Positions 1 through 13,310 of a stretch of DNA of 64,000 nucleotides are shown here, in pieces. The DNA is taken from the NCBI GenBank assembly GCA_038087875.1, contig JAXLNO010000260.1, forward strand, positions 248,001-312,000. The letters are read 5' to 3'. The position numbers were made by a program, and so were the translations under genes. The first letter of the stretch is position 1. Each line of letters begins with the position of its first letter. The notes beneath the pieces were generated by a model that was not told where the DNA came from, did no database searches, and saw only the letters and a program-made list of their open reading frames with translations. The DNA comes from Malacoraja senta (Eukaryota).

Positions 1-1246
1 ATCTGTTGTGGGTATTTCTATGTTTAAAATTATATTATATAAGTACGATATTAGATTAGCTGATTCCGCCTTTGTCTTCATTGCTTCATCTAGTAAGTCG
101 GAAGGCATATTATGATAGTCTTTTATGTATTTTTTCAGGTAATCACGAATTTGTAGATATTTAAAATATTGATTATTTTTCAAATTATATTTCAGTTGTA
201 GTTGTTGAAATGATAGTAATTTTCCCAATTCATACAGATCTTCGAGCGTTTTGATTCCCATTCTTTCCCATTGTATAAATGATTTGTCTATGGTTGAAGG
301 TTTAAACGATGGGTTATTAGCTATTGGTATTGAGAGAGATAGGTTTCTTAATTTTAGATTCTGTTTTATTTGTTTCCATGTTCTAATTGTGCTATTTATA
401 ATTGGGTTTTTATTATAATTTTTATTATTCAAATTTATTGGAGAGAGAATAATCGCTCCTATATTACTCGGGGAACAGTCCCCTTTTTCCATTATAATCC
501 AGTCCGCCTGCTGGGCAGAATTGTCCAGCAGGTGAATCATATTTTTAATATTTACTGCCCAATTATAATACATAAAGTTAGGGAGCGCGAGACCCCCCAA
601 CTCTTTTCGTTTATTAAGGTGTGCACTTTGTATTCTATGGGATTTATAATCCCATATAAAATTTGTAATGTCTGAGTCCAATTTTTTGAAAAACTTTTTT
701 GGGAGATATATAGGTATTGATTGAAATAGGTATAGGATTTGTGGTAAGAAAATCATTTTTATAGCATTTATTCTGCCTATTAAGGACATCGGAAGTGTTT
801 TCCAGAATTTAATCATATTATTTAATTTCTTAAGTAAGGGATTATAATTGGCTTTAAACATATCCTGGTAATTTCTAGTAATTTCAATTCCCAAATATTT
901 GAATTTTTCTGTAGCTATTTTAAAGGGGAATTTCCTGAGGTGTGTTGAGTCTTTTGGTTTTATCGACATAATTTCACTTTTGTTCCAGTTTATTCTATAT
1001 CCTGAGAAGGATCCAAAGTCCTCAATTAAATTTAATATATTTGGTATACTAATTTGTGGTTTTGTGATGTACAATAGTACATCATCGGCATATAGGCATA
1101 TTTTGTTATTTGAATATTTTGTATTATAACCGTAAATATCCATGTGTGTTCTTATTTTTTCAGCAAGGGGTTCAATTACTAAAGCAAATAACAGCGGTGA
1201 TAATGAACATCCTTGTCTATTGCCCCTTGATAGTTCAAATCTCGAG
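1..1246 (-). mobile_element. L1-clade LINE ORF2 fragment (RT to C-terminal region), degenerate, running off the window start
   Basis: The reverse complement near 1070-1095 reads YADDVLLY. 900-1245 is clearly homologous to the L1 RT at 39005-39355 (SGYRINWNKSEIMSI and LSRGNRQGCSLSP motifs). Confidence 0.9.
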
Positions 1247-1330
1247 GAATGCTGGAGTAACTCAACGGGACAGGCAGCATCTCTGAAGAGAAGGAATGGG
1301 TGATGTTTCGGGTCGAGACCCTTCTTCAAG
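1247..1330 (-). mobile_element. Penelope-like element terminal-repeat fragment with degenerate hammerhead motif
   Basis: The minus strand reads TTGAAGA-AGGGTCTCGACCC-GAAACATC-ACCC, the same family as 24875-25190. Confidence 0.8.
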
Positions 1331-1742
1331 GCAAACATTAATGGCAAAAGTAATCTATTGTGTTATCCAAATAGATTTGGGATGAGAGGACAACAGAAAA
1401 ATCCACTTTATCAGCCCACTATAAAATTAAGGCTTTATCTCACAACATGAAGTCTCATTTGGAAGCAGTTCATCCCATTTTCTATGGAAATTTGGCCTGC
1501 AGTTCAATCAGAACAATTACTGAATCAACAACTGACCAAATAGGATTTTGTACACATTGAGTTTCTCCAATTCTAAATCAATAATACAATATTTTGTTCA
1601 CACCTCTAGTAGGAGATATTTGAGGTATTTGCTTAAACAATTTTGAATGTTTTTTAGTTAACTTCAATGATTGGAAGAGAGTTGATCCACTTGGACAAAA
1701 TCTTTGAAGTAACCAGAAGACAGGTTTCAGGTGGAGCACACT

Positions 1743-1995
1743 TAAGGGCCCACTGTACGAGGTAATTCAAGAGCTCTCCCGAGTTTAAAAAAAAAATCAA
1801 ACTCGTGATAAGTACGTAGAATGAACGTAGCGGGTACGTCGGAGCTCGGGACGTCTCTTAGCGGCTCATAACACTAATGGCAGATACTCGGGAAACGCGG
1901 TAAGCTCGTGAAGATTTTTCAACATGTTGAAAAATGTCCACGAGAGCCCCGAGTACCTACGAGCGGCTATTACCGTAATTCTCCGAGTATTCAAA
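1743..1995. mobile_element. Truncated non-autonomous DNA transposon (PIF/Harbinger-like MITE end)
   Basis: Begins ttaagggcccactg, a decayed form of the AGGGCCTGTCCCAC TIR seen at 46473. CpG-rich, and shares 'ttttcaacatgttgaaaaat' with the 14371 MITE. No second TIR found. Confidence 0.55.
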
Positions 1996-3139
1996 TCGAA
2001 TACATCGAATATGTATTCTAATGTGCTTTAAAATGCTTCATTAGAATACATATATGAATGTGGCTGTTCGTTCTGGCCAAGAGAGGCTTCAAATTGTTTT
2101 TACATCTAATATTAGGCTTCAATGTGTCACCCTAAAGCATCCTGACTTTGCAAATCATCTCTATCCCCATAATATAGAACAACATTTACGTCATCATTTG
2201 TTTAATTCTATCAAGAAATACTCTCAAAAGGGTGTTGTTCAGGAGTGCTTTCTATACAGTGACCCTAACAGAGATGGCCGTCTCCAATGTAGAGCAAAGA
2301 TACATATCGAAAGCCACAGTCAGATATTGGCCTCCATACATTACTGTACTTCACTGAGCTCTGATCTGGTGTGAATTCTTTTGTTGGTAAAATTCCTCTC
2401 AATTTTTATAAAACAAACTTTTGGATTAATAAACTGATTGTTTGTGAGTATCCTCCTCAACCCTCTATTCAATCATTCTCCAGTTTCCTTAATGAAGTTT
2501 ATTTGATTTAGTCTCCAAGGCAAAGCAATTGCTCTGCCGTGAAATTTGATCACATAGTACAGTGGTTAGCTTGCAGCGATCAAAGTAGTGCCTAAAATAC
2601 TCTGCTCAAGAGAGCACAACCATTGTACCAAGAAGTTTAGTCCAAAAATGAGGAAGACCTTATTATAAAGGGTAATGGTATTACTGGTGAATTAAATCAA
2701 TCGCATCTCATTTTTCCCCAAAGCCTTTCTATTTATGTACTAAAACAAAATTACTGGTATTGATTTGGATTTAGAACATTTACAATTTCAAGATAGTCTT
2801 ATGTGTACTATGGTCAAATTTGTAAAATGTGACTTGGTAATTGTGCCAGGACTTATAAACTTTTAAAATATGCTTATTGTGTAAAAGGTGTGTTCTAAGT
2901 TATTGGCTAGGTTCTTAGTGATTAGACTAAAGTGAGCCATGCTCCTGGTTCTGATTTAAGATTATTCTGACAGATTCCTGTAAGCTTGAAGCAAAATGTG
3001 TTCCTGGCTAAATTCATCTATTGTTAGACTGTCAGAATCAGACCCCAGAGAACATCAGAGGGAATAATCCATGATAAACTTAATTGGTGTTTGGGAAAAT
3101 ATGGGTTCATAAATAAAAAGGTTAATTTGAGAGATCATG

Positions 3140-3800
3140 TTTGACATTCTTGATGGCTCTTTTTGATGAGATAATGCAAGGTAGTGTAGTTGATGTTCCG
3201 TGTTTGGACTTTAAACATTACTTGATGAAGTGCCACAAAATAGACAAGAGCGTGATTTAAAATCCGTGGGGTTAAAGGATCAGTTGCCACGTGAATACAA
3301 AATTGGTTTCGGGACAGAAAACAGAGAGTGGTGAGAAACAGTTGCTTTTTAGAGTGGAGAGAAGTGTGCAGTGATGTGTCCCAGTGACCAACGTAGGGTC
3401 CACTGTGCTTTCTCACAATCTGTTCATGGTTACACAGGGGATTGTTTTATAGATAATGGATGATGTAAAACTCAGAGAGGCAGTAAAGAGCGAGGGCAGT
3501 AAAAAGCTTCATGAATTGACAGACACATGGGTGAAACGAACAGACTAACAGACAGAGGAAATGTTACTCAGGGAAGTGTGAAGTGATTTACTTTGTCAGA
3601 AGAAATGAGGGAGTCAATGTCAAGTAAACTGCACAATTTTAAAGGGGATGCACGCAGGCATAAAGATGGATACTCACATGAGTGGCAGAACATGTTAGAT
3701 AGATTGTTAAACAATGCATTTGGGATCATTGTCATTATAAATAGAGGTAAAGGCTGCATAAACAGATGATGTATTCAACCTTTCTCATATACTGGCTTGA
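3140..3800 (+). mobile_element. Ancient CR1-type RT fragment
   Basis: Decayed DV.CLDF...DEVPH, WIQNWFRDRKQRVV and GVPQG-like motifs are colinear with the CR1 at 11090-11700. Confidence 0.7.
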
Positions 3801-4689
3801 TAGAAGGTAAAGTCTGAGCATTGTTCTTTTATTATGCAGCAAATTGTAACCATTTGGAATGTACTGTCCAAAAGGATTCTGGACACAGATTGCAATTTTC
3901 TCAACTGAAGTGGATCAATATTAAAATGGTTAAAAAATCTACAATGCATGAAGAAAAGAAAAACAAAAGAAATACTGAGGTATATTTTTCAAAAGGGATA
4001 ACATTGACATTGTAGTCCTTCATGCTAATCATTCTGTGCTTCAGTGATTCTGGAAAGATTCCATCAGTTTGTAAATTCATGGCATGTAGAGGGATGCATG
4101 AGACAATGTAAAGTCTTTGTGTCTGTAAATGTATACAGGCAAGGTCTCAAAGTGCAGTGTTCTTACTGGGTATAATTAAAACAAAATAGATGCTGAGATC
4201 GAGGAGAGAATTTGGACAGATGTTTCAAGACAGTTCTGCCTAGTTACCAAGCTGAAACCATGCAGATATTTGTTTTCTGCACCTGTATCAGACACAGGAT
4301 TACTTAGCTCTTCATGGCCAAAATATACCTCTTGCTGCTGGCCCGGACCCTCAAGAAGTCTAAACTGGCAGCACAGACAAAAAATAATTAGATTGACTAT
4401 GGGCCTCCCATGACTACATGTGCCTCTCTAGCCTGCTGTTGGCAATGCAGCTCTACATACAAACATCCTAAGAGCTGAGTAGAATTAATGGAAAGCACAG
4501 ATAATTGCATTTCCCTGAAACTCTTCTGTCTTCTCTGTAACCACCCCACCCCACTCCCCAAAATCAATACACTGCTAGGTAATCTTGACCAAACCATAAT
4601 CCTCCTAATCCTATTTCCCTTGAGCTGCCTCAGCACAGATACCGATGATAGTTAAGAAACCAGAAAGGCTTTCCCTGCCTTGTTGGAAT

Positions 4690-5630
4690 CGTTGTATAGT
4701 ATGGAAATAGGCCCTTTGCCTCAATTCATCCACTGTGACCAAGGTGTTATACTGAGCTGAAGATAGACACAAAAAGATGGATTAACTCAGTGAGTCAGAA
4801 AGCATTTAAGGAGAAAAGGAAAAGGTGATAATTCAGGTTGAGACCCTTCTTCAGACCCTACTGAGCTAGTCCCATATGTCTGTGCCTGGCCTCTATATCT
4901 CCAAACATCTTTATCCATGTACCTGTCACAGTGTGTTTGTGAAAATGTTGCTCCTGAGCTCCCTTTTAAATCTTTCCTCTTTTACCTTATTGTCCTCTTG
5001 TTTTACACTCCTCTACCCTGGGCATAAGACTGTAGCTATTCAGTTTGTTTATGTCCCTCATGATTTTATACATCTCTATGAAGTCACCTCTAGATCTTCT
5101 TCACTCCACCGAAAATAAACCTAGCCTATCCAACTTCTCTTATAACTCAAACCATCCTGACCTGGTAAAATCCTCACAAATCTTTTTTTCCACCTGTTCC
5201 AGTTTAATTACTTCTTTCTAATACCAGGCAAAGAGAACATACACATTACTCCAAATGTGACCTTATATAAGTTGTGTACAGATGTAACATGACACCCCAA
5301 CCTGTGTGCTCAATACCTTAACCGATGAAGATAAGAATGCCAGTACCTTCATCACCCTGTCCAACTGTGTCACCACCTTAAGAAATCTATGTGCCTGCAC
5401 CACTAGGTCTATCTATTCTACAACACTCCCTAGGGCACTACCATTTATTGTGCAAGTCTGCGCTGGTTTGTCTTACCAAAATGCAACATCTTGTATTTAT
5501 CTGAATTAAACTCCATCAGCCATCTCTTGGCCCATTGGCCCATTGGCCCAGTTGTTCAAGGTACTGTTGTAATTGTAAATTACTTTCTTCACTGTCCGCT
5601 ATAGCACTAATTTTTGTGTCAAACACAAAG
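4690..5630 (-). mobile_element. Old CR1 3' portion interrupted by a Penelope terminal fragment
   Basis: Reverse-complement similarity to the CR1 RT C-terminus and 3' UTR (aggccct..., ccatgtacctgtc, tactccaaatgtgacc). Confidence 0.7.
4759..4858 (-). mobile_element. 100-bp Penelope terminal-repeat insertion with 9-bp target-site duplication
   Basis: TACTGAGCT occurs at 4750-4758 and 4859-4867. The insert contains the reverse complement of GGGTCTGAAGAAGGGTCTC. Confidence 0.75.
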
Positions 5631-8600
5631 AATGTTAAAACTGAAAGGTAAATTTAGCAACCATTCGCCTGCCCAGCCCTGCAACCACCGTGCAAAGAAA
5701 GCCCTATCTCTCTGTATGGTGCCATAGGCTTGGAGGACAGCAAAGTGAAACGTGATTCTTTCGGAATCCTAACATTTGATGTTGTGAACATTCCAAGATC
5801 TGGATTGTAAGTGGATGGGTAACAAGTACCACTTAAACCATCCTCAATGGATTTTCCTGACAATTAGTTGAAAAGGTCTGCCAGTGTTAATAATAAACTG
5901 TTCATTAGTAATTGACTATTAGACCCTTCTCCAATGAATCCTACACTCATATGCTCCCTCTGGCCTCTCATCTTTTTTTCTGCTCTTATGGTAATCTTTC
6001 CTTATGCCTTCTTCACCACTCATCCTCCCTAGTTTCCCCTCTCCCAATCCCGCTTTATGACTTTGCTGCTCTGGGTTACCCAATCTAACAAACTGCAGCC
6101 AAGAAGGATGTGTGGAAAAAAACAGCCAGGTCCTATTATCAATTTTAAATGAACCTGGCACAGGATGAGAGCACAGATTTCACAGCATAACTGGTGGGAA
6201 ACTGCAGGAAATCCACTTTCCATTGCCACATTCCACAGGAAACTATTTTAGGAGCACAGTTCGAATGACAGTTGTTGGGACTCTCAAGAAGCTTGGGAAT
6301 TTTGTTCAATTTAAATGTTCCTCAGAAATGGGTCAGATCATCAGTTTTGCCCCACACAAAAGAAGTGCTTGAGCATTGGTTCAATATCTTATCTGAATCA
6401 TGCCTCATTCTCTCTTCAGAATTCGTCAGTAAGGAGGGATGGGGGGGGGAGCAGGAGCAATGATCCTGGAACTGTGATTGTTGTGATACCTGTGGGTAGC
6501 TTTATTGTTTACATTCTCAAAACAAATTGTTGCAGATACATTCTGGCACAAAATAATCACTTCTGTATTTTTTTCCAGAACTTATGTAAAGTTAATGGAA
6601 ATTATCCATAGTTATATTGTTTTAGAATGAATGCGGAATGCTGTCATTTAGATGAACATTTATATGCATGTGAGCTAGAATGTGTAAGTGCATTGGCGAT
6701 GAAGTGACATACCAATCTTAATCGCCATGCTCTTGGATTTTCTAAGTGTCGTATTATATTAGAGTGTACATGATGTTGTATTGCTACTTGAACTAAGTGG
6801 CTGGAGGACAACTTGTCTTTAGGGTATAAGAACCTAGAGTTATTTTTCCTGAAGGAGCTGAGTATACAATTCTGGTTATTACAACTCCATTGTAAAGACA
6901 CAAGTTTATTACAAATCAAATTCAAATCCTCTGTAATGAAGAAATTTGAATTTACCTTTGCTAAATTAGTAGTCCATCATCTAGTTTGCCATTTCACTGA
7001 TCTGTGCTGGTTGATTTGCCATGTCAGTAAAATATTTTCCAGCTACATTATGCATTTGTGACTTTCTCGACTGAAAGTGAAAGCAGTGGAATGACAATGC
7101 TAAAAATACAGCCAATGCTGGAACTTTGAACAAGTGAAAATGCTGATGGAATCAAGGCAGACAGCATACTCGTGGAGAGGAACAAAGTTACTGTTTTGCC
7201 TCTTTCTCGCTCCTAGATACTGCCTGAAGTATTTAATAATTTCATCCTCAAAGTAATAAACTTACTGAAAAATGTCTAACTCTTATGGAACAGTTTTCAG
7301 TTTCTTTTTAAAAAGTCTGCTTGACTATTTGAACATTTCATTAAAAAAAATTTTAAGGAAAAAAAGGCATAACTGAATTCAAGGTGTAATTTATGAACGT
7401 GTTCAGAATTCAATTTAAATTCTCTTTTAAAAACAATCGCTGTGAAGGAAATGTGGTCTGCAGCATGGCTGAAATAATGATGAACAGTCAGAGGCACATT
7501 AACAAATGGAAAGTTTGTCACACATCCTTCACCCAGTCTGTTTTTAAGTCTGTGTGGTGAAGATAACAAACCACCACAATAGTCTACAAACAGAGCATTA
7601 TAAAACAGCAGACAATTTCTCAGCATTCCGCATTCCATGGTTTGCATCACAAGAGCCCACCGGGTATCGTCTCCTAATTTTCTGATGGCAGTCATCAATA
7701 CAAATTAGTCTTAATGCAGTTGGAGACTGGTTATTTTGTACAGGAAGCTATGTAAAGGGATCTGGGGAGAGGCTAATAGAAACTGATTATGTTTTTATTG
7801 TACAACTCATTAAAATCATAAATATCATAAATTTTCTGCCAAATTAAATAACCTGTTGGCTTTCATTTTATGAAAGCTCATTAAAAATATAGGTAGCTAT
7901 TAGCTAGCTTGAAAGATATATGCCTTTGAAAATTATGCACATAAAATATTAGCTGTTGTTAATGGTCTGGTATGTATACAAAGGAAGGAATTTACTTTAA
8001 ATAAAACTATTATTAATGCAGAATCATTGACCTTATTTATTTCTAAGAATTAATTGTTCATAATTGCCCAATAAACTTGCTGTAATATTATTACAACTGT
8101 TAATCCGTATTTTAACACGTCATCCTGCATCACCTATAGCTGGTGCAACAGTATCCATAGTGATAGCTGCTACCACAAGAATAATTGATGCAAAAACTGC
8201 TCAATATTCCTCACAATACCTATCTATATGAATAGTCTTGCATATACTGCGCACAGCCTCATCGCGGAAGCTTTGCACGATATATCATCACTTTAAGCTT
8301 GTATTTCCAATAAACCTTTCAACATGTATTCAAAGTGGAGCTGGAGGACTATGTGCAGGATAAAGGATGAGCGTGCTACATTGAAAGGTGCAGGTATAGA
8401 GAAAGGTTGTGAGGAGGTTTGGAAGGAGTGTTGGGTAAGTTGGGTTGAAAACACATGTTTCTGTGATCAATATTCAATATAACGTTATTGCTTGAGTCTG
8501 AGATAATGTATCATCACCTACTTATTTTTAAATGAAGAGAACCTGCAGTAATTGCATTATTAACTGATACTGTACTCTGACTATTACTCCTTTATATTCA

Positions 8601-9234
8601 CAGTTTCTTCTACAGCATCATTCATCTACATTCTCTCTATTTTTTTAAAGTCCCTTCACATGCTGATGCCTTTCCATACTTCTCCAGGTAGTGTTCAAAA
8701 ATAATTGGTCCCTTTCCAAATAAAGACCTTTCCTTGCTCCGAAGGCCAAGTTAGGATAATTAGTAAGTTGGACACAAAATAGGCTTTGTGGAAGGAAGCA
8801 AAATGGCCGACAGGAACTGGACTGGACAGTGACTGGAAGGCAGATTGCAGTGGATCCTCCCATATGGCTCAGGGCTGGATTCCATGCTTTCTGCAGTATA
8901 CATGTCAATAATTCGGACTTAAATGTTTCCAGATGAAAGTGCACTTTATGTTTTGGAGGAAAACTATAGTATGCAACTACACAGAATACTCGCTTGAGGT
9001 GAAGGAAAAACGCAGGAATGAGTACACTGCCACTAAATACCCCCTTTTCATCTCCCCCACTGTGATCACACATATCGATACTTTGCCATGCTTCATGTGT
9101 CCCCAAGACATTATGTGTAAGTTCTTCATATTGTAAAGCAGAGATCGTAGAACTGAGGGGAAAAAAACAACAATGTTGCCAGCATTCCCTTTCAAGGGGG
9201 ACAAGAAGAAAACAATAATAAACAGAGAATAAGA

Positions 9235-12200
9235 GGTGGTGGGGTTCTTAAATGGGTGAGCAGAGAAACAGAGGGGTGTAAAATGCGGGCAGAAGCAATA
9301 GGTAGCAAGGTGAAAAGTAAAAGTGGCAGGCAGACAAATCCAGGGCAAAAATCAAAAAGGGCCACTTTTCAACATAATTGTATAAGGGGTAAGAGCGTTG
9401 TAAAAACAACCCTGAAGGCTTTGTGTCTCAATGCAAGGAGCATTCGTAATAAGGTGGATGAGTTGAACGTGCAGATAGCTATTAATGATTATGATATAGT
9501 TGGGATCACGGAGACATGGCTCCAGGGTGACCAAGGCTGGGAGCTGAACATCTAGGGATATTCAATATTCAGGAGGGATAGAGAGAAAGGAAAAGGAGGT
9601 GGGGTAGCGTTGCTGGTTAGAGAGGAGATTAACGCAGTGGAAAGGAAGGACATTAGCTTGGAGGATGTGGAATCGGTATGGGTAGAGCTGCGAAACACTA
9701 AGGGGCAGAAAACGCTGGTGGGTGTTGTGTACAGGCCACCTAGCAGTAGTAGTGAAGTTGGGGATGGCATCAAACAGGAAATTAGAAATGCGTGCAACAA
9801 AGGCAAAACAGTTATAATGGGTGACTTCAATCTACATATAGATTGGGTGAATCAAATTGGCAGGGGTGCTGAGGAAGAGGATTTCTTGGAATGTATGCGT
9901 GATAGTTATCTAAACCAACATGTAGAAGAACCAACGAGAGAGCAGGCTATTCTAGACTGGGTATTGAGTAATGAGGAAGGGTTAGTTAGCAGTCTTGTTG
10001 TGCGTGCCCCCTTGGGCAAGAGTGACCATAATATGGTTGAGTTCTTCATTAGGATGGAGAGTGACATTGTTAATTCAGAAACAACGGTTCTGAACTTAAA
10101 GAAAGGTAAATTTGAGGGTATGAGACGTGAATTGGCCAAGATTGACTGGCAATTAGTTCTAAAAGGGTTGACGGTGGATATGCAATGGAAGGCATTTAAA
10201 GACTGCATGGATGAACTACAAAAATTGTTCATCCCAGTTTGGCAAAAGAATAAATCAGGGAAGGTAGTCCATCCGTGGATAACAAGGGAAATCAGGGATA
10301 GTATCAAAGCAAAAGATGATGCGTACAAATTAGCCAGAAAAAGCAGCATACCAGATGACTGGGAGAAATTCAGAGACCAGCAGAGGAGGACAAAGGGCTT
10401 AATTAGGAAAGGGAAAATAGATTATGAAAGAAAACTGGCAGGGAACATAAAAACTGACTGAAAAAGTTTTTATAGATATGTGAAGAGAAAGAGATTAGTT
10501 AAAACAAATGTAGGTCCCTTGCAGTCAGAAACAGGTGAATTGATCATGGGGAACAAGGATATGGCGGACCAATTGAATAACTACTTTGGTTCCGTCTTCA
10601 CGAAGGAAGACATAAATAATCTGCCGGAAATAGCAGGGGTCAAAGGAGATGGAGGAACTGAGTGAAATCCAGGTTAGTCGGTAAGTGGTGTTGGGTAAAT
10701 TGAATGGATTAAAGGCCAATAAATCACCAGAGCCAGATAGGCTGCATCCCAGAGTACTTAAGGAAGTAGCTCCAGAAATAGTGGATGCATTAGTGATAAT
10801 TTTTCAAAACTCTTTAGATTCTGGAGTAGTTCCTGAGGATTGGAGGGTAGCAAACGTAACCCCACTTTTTAAGAAGGGAGGGAGAGAGAAAATGGGGAAT
10901 TACAGACCAGTTAGTCTAACATTGGTAGTGGGGAAACTGCTAGTCAGTTATTAAAGATGGGATAGCAGCACATTTGGAAAGTGGTGAAATCATTGGACAA
11001 AGTCAGCATGGATATACGAAAGGTAAATTGTGTCTGACAAATCTTATAGAATTTTTCGAGGATGTAACTAGTACAGTGGATAGGGGAGAACCAGTGGATG
11101 TGTTGTATCTGGACTTTCAGAAGGCTTTCGACAAGGTACCACATAAGTGATTAGTATACAAACTTAAAGCACACAGTATTGGGGGTTCAGTATTGATGTG
11201 GATAGAGAACTGGCTGGCAAACAGGAAGCAAAGAGTTGGAGTAAACGGGTCCTTTTCACAATGGCAGGCAGTGACTAGTGGGGTACCGCAAGGCTCAGTG
11301 CTGGGACCCCAGCTATTTACAATTTATATTAATGAACTGGATGAGGGAATTGAAGGCAACATCTCCAAGTTTGCGGATGACACTAAGCTGGGGGGCAATG
11401 TTAGCTGTGAGGAGGATGCTAGGAGATTGCAAGGTGACTTGGATAGGCTGGGTGAGTGCGCAAATGTTTGGCAGATGCAGTATAATGTGGATAAATGTGA
11501 GGTTATCCACTTTGGTGGCAAAAACATTGAAAGCAGACTATTATCTAAATGGTGGCCGATTAGGAAATGGGGAGATGCAGCGAGACCTGGGTGTCATGGT
11601 ACACCTGTCATTGAAAGTAGGCATGCAGGTGCAGCAGGCAGTGAAGAAAGTGAATGGTATGTTAGCTTTCATAGCAAAAGTATTTGCGTATAGGAGCAGG
11701 GAGGTTCTACTGCAGTTGTACAGGGTCTTGGTGAGACCACACATGGAGTATTGCGTACAGTTTTGGTCTCCAAATCAGAGGAAGGACAGTATAGCCATAG
11801 AGGGAGTGCAGAGAAGGTTCACCAGACTGATTCCTGGGATGTCAGGACTTTCATATGAAGAAAGACTGGATAGACTTGGCTTATACTCGCTGGAATTTAG
11901 GAGATTGAGAGGGGATCTTATAGAAACGTACAACATTTTTATGGGGTTGGACAGGCTAGATGCAGGAAGATTGTTCCCGATGTTGGGGATGTCCAGGACA
12001 AGGGGTCACAGCTTAAGGATAAGGGGGAAATCCTTTAAGACCGAGATGAGGAAAAACTTTTTCACACAGAGAGTGGTGAATCTCTGGAACTCTCTGCCAC
12101 AGAGGGTAGTTGAGGCCAGTTCATTGGCTATATTTAAGAGGGAGTTAGATGTGGCCCTTGTGGCTAAAGGGATCAGGGGGTATGGAGAGAAGGCAGGTAC

Positions 12201-12307
12201 AGGATACTGAGTTGGATGATCAGCCATGATCATATTGAATGGCGCAGGCTCGAAGGGCCGAATGGCCTAATCCTGCACCTATTTTCTATGTATCTATGTA
12301 TCTATGT
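9235..12307 (+). mobile_element. CR1-clade (HER1-like) LINE, 5'-truncated, with near-complete but disrupted ORF2
   Basis: APE motifs (LNARSI, GITETW, VYRPP, MGDFN, LD, SDHN) and RT motifs ([32 protein letters not shown]). 3' UTR ends in a (TCTATGTA)3 tail. Confidence 0.95.
9409..12210 (+). pseudogene. CR1 ORF2 pseudogene (APE endonuclease plus reverse transcriptase)
   Basis: ORF pieces 9256-9555, 9610-10461, 10480-10665, 10685-10954, 11193-11693 and 11278-12210 join into ORF2. In-frame stops at about 9553 and 10459, plus several frameshifts. Confidence 0.93.
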
Positions 12308-12464
12308 AATTCGCTCGTTGAGCAAGAATTGTTAATTGTTTACTGTATGTGAAAATCATAGAGCCTGGGTTGTAAATCTTTGTGCAAATTTCAATCATTA
12401 ATGAGGAAACAAAAATTGTAGATCTTTATCTTCCATTACACGTTCAAATAAAATCAAAGAAATG

Positions 12465-12875
12465 TGAGATGCACACAAAATGGTGGAGTGACTCAACGGG
12501 TCAGGCATCATCCCTGAAGAACATGGATAGGCGATGTTTTGGGTTGGAATGCTACTTCAGACTGGGAGGGGGGGGGGGTTAAGAAAGCTAAGAGAGAGGA
12601 GGAGCAGGACAGAGCATGGCTAGGTGGACACAGGTATGGCGCTATTTGATAGGCAAATGTTTGGAGAAAGGCCAGAGCCATGCTCTCCCAGCTCTTTTTC
12701 TCTCCCAGCTCTCTTTCCTGCCCTCCTCTCCCCCTACAAGAAGTCTGAAGAAGGGTTCTGATCAGAAATGCCATCTAACCGTATTCTCCAGAGATGCTAC
12801 CTGACCTGTTGACTTACTCCAGCAATTTGTGTTTATCTTTGGTATAAACCAGCATCTGCTGTTCCTGGTTACATT
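12465..12875. mobile_element. Fold-back Penelope-derived element (two inverted terminal-repeat copies)
   Basis: 12470-12563 is an imperfect inverted repeat of 12742-12838. Both arms carry decayed CTGAAGA...GAAA motifs. Confidence 0.75.
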
Positions 12876-13079
12876 AGAAAATGAGAGATGCACATATGTG
12901 AACCACACCCAGAAGTGCTTGTTCCAACTTCTCAGCGGATAGAAGTTCCACTGGAAATGGGCAGAATTGTTTTAAAATTAAAATGGAACCAAAGAGATAA
13001 CAAATCCTAATGGATCAAATACGCAAGAAAAAAGTGTCCAAATAATGCTGGTCAGTTTTTTGGAATGGATGTCTGCAAC

Positions 13080-13310
13080 TCACTGATTGAAAGAGTGTTG
13101 GATACAGCATCAGTCATCACAGTTAAAATGGATTTGGATAGGCACATTATGGGATTGATTAGTAAGGGTGTCAGGGGTTATGGGGCAAAGGCAAGAGATT
13201 GGGGTTGAGAGGGAAAGATAGATCCACCATGATAGAATGGTGGAGTAGACTCAATGGAGCAAATGGCCTAATTCTGCTCCTAGAACTTATGAACTTATGA
13301 CCTTATGATA
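13080..13310 (+). mobile_element. CR1 3'-end fragment with (CTTATGA)n tail
   Basis: gtcaggggttatggggcaaaggc...aatggcctaattctgctcct followed by cttatgaacttatgaccttatga. Confidence 0.75.

Noticed and set aside
5654..5863. Possible minus-strand coding exon
   Set aside because: An acceptor-like site exists, but there is no recognisable homology, donor or partner exon.
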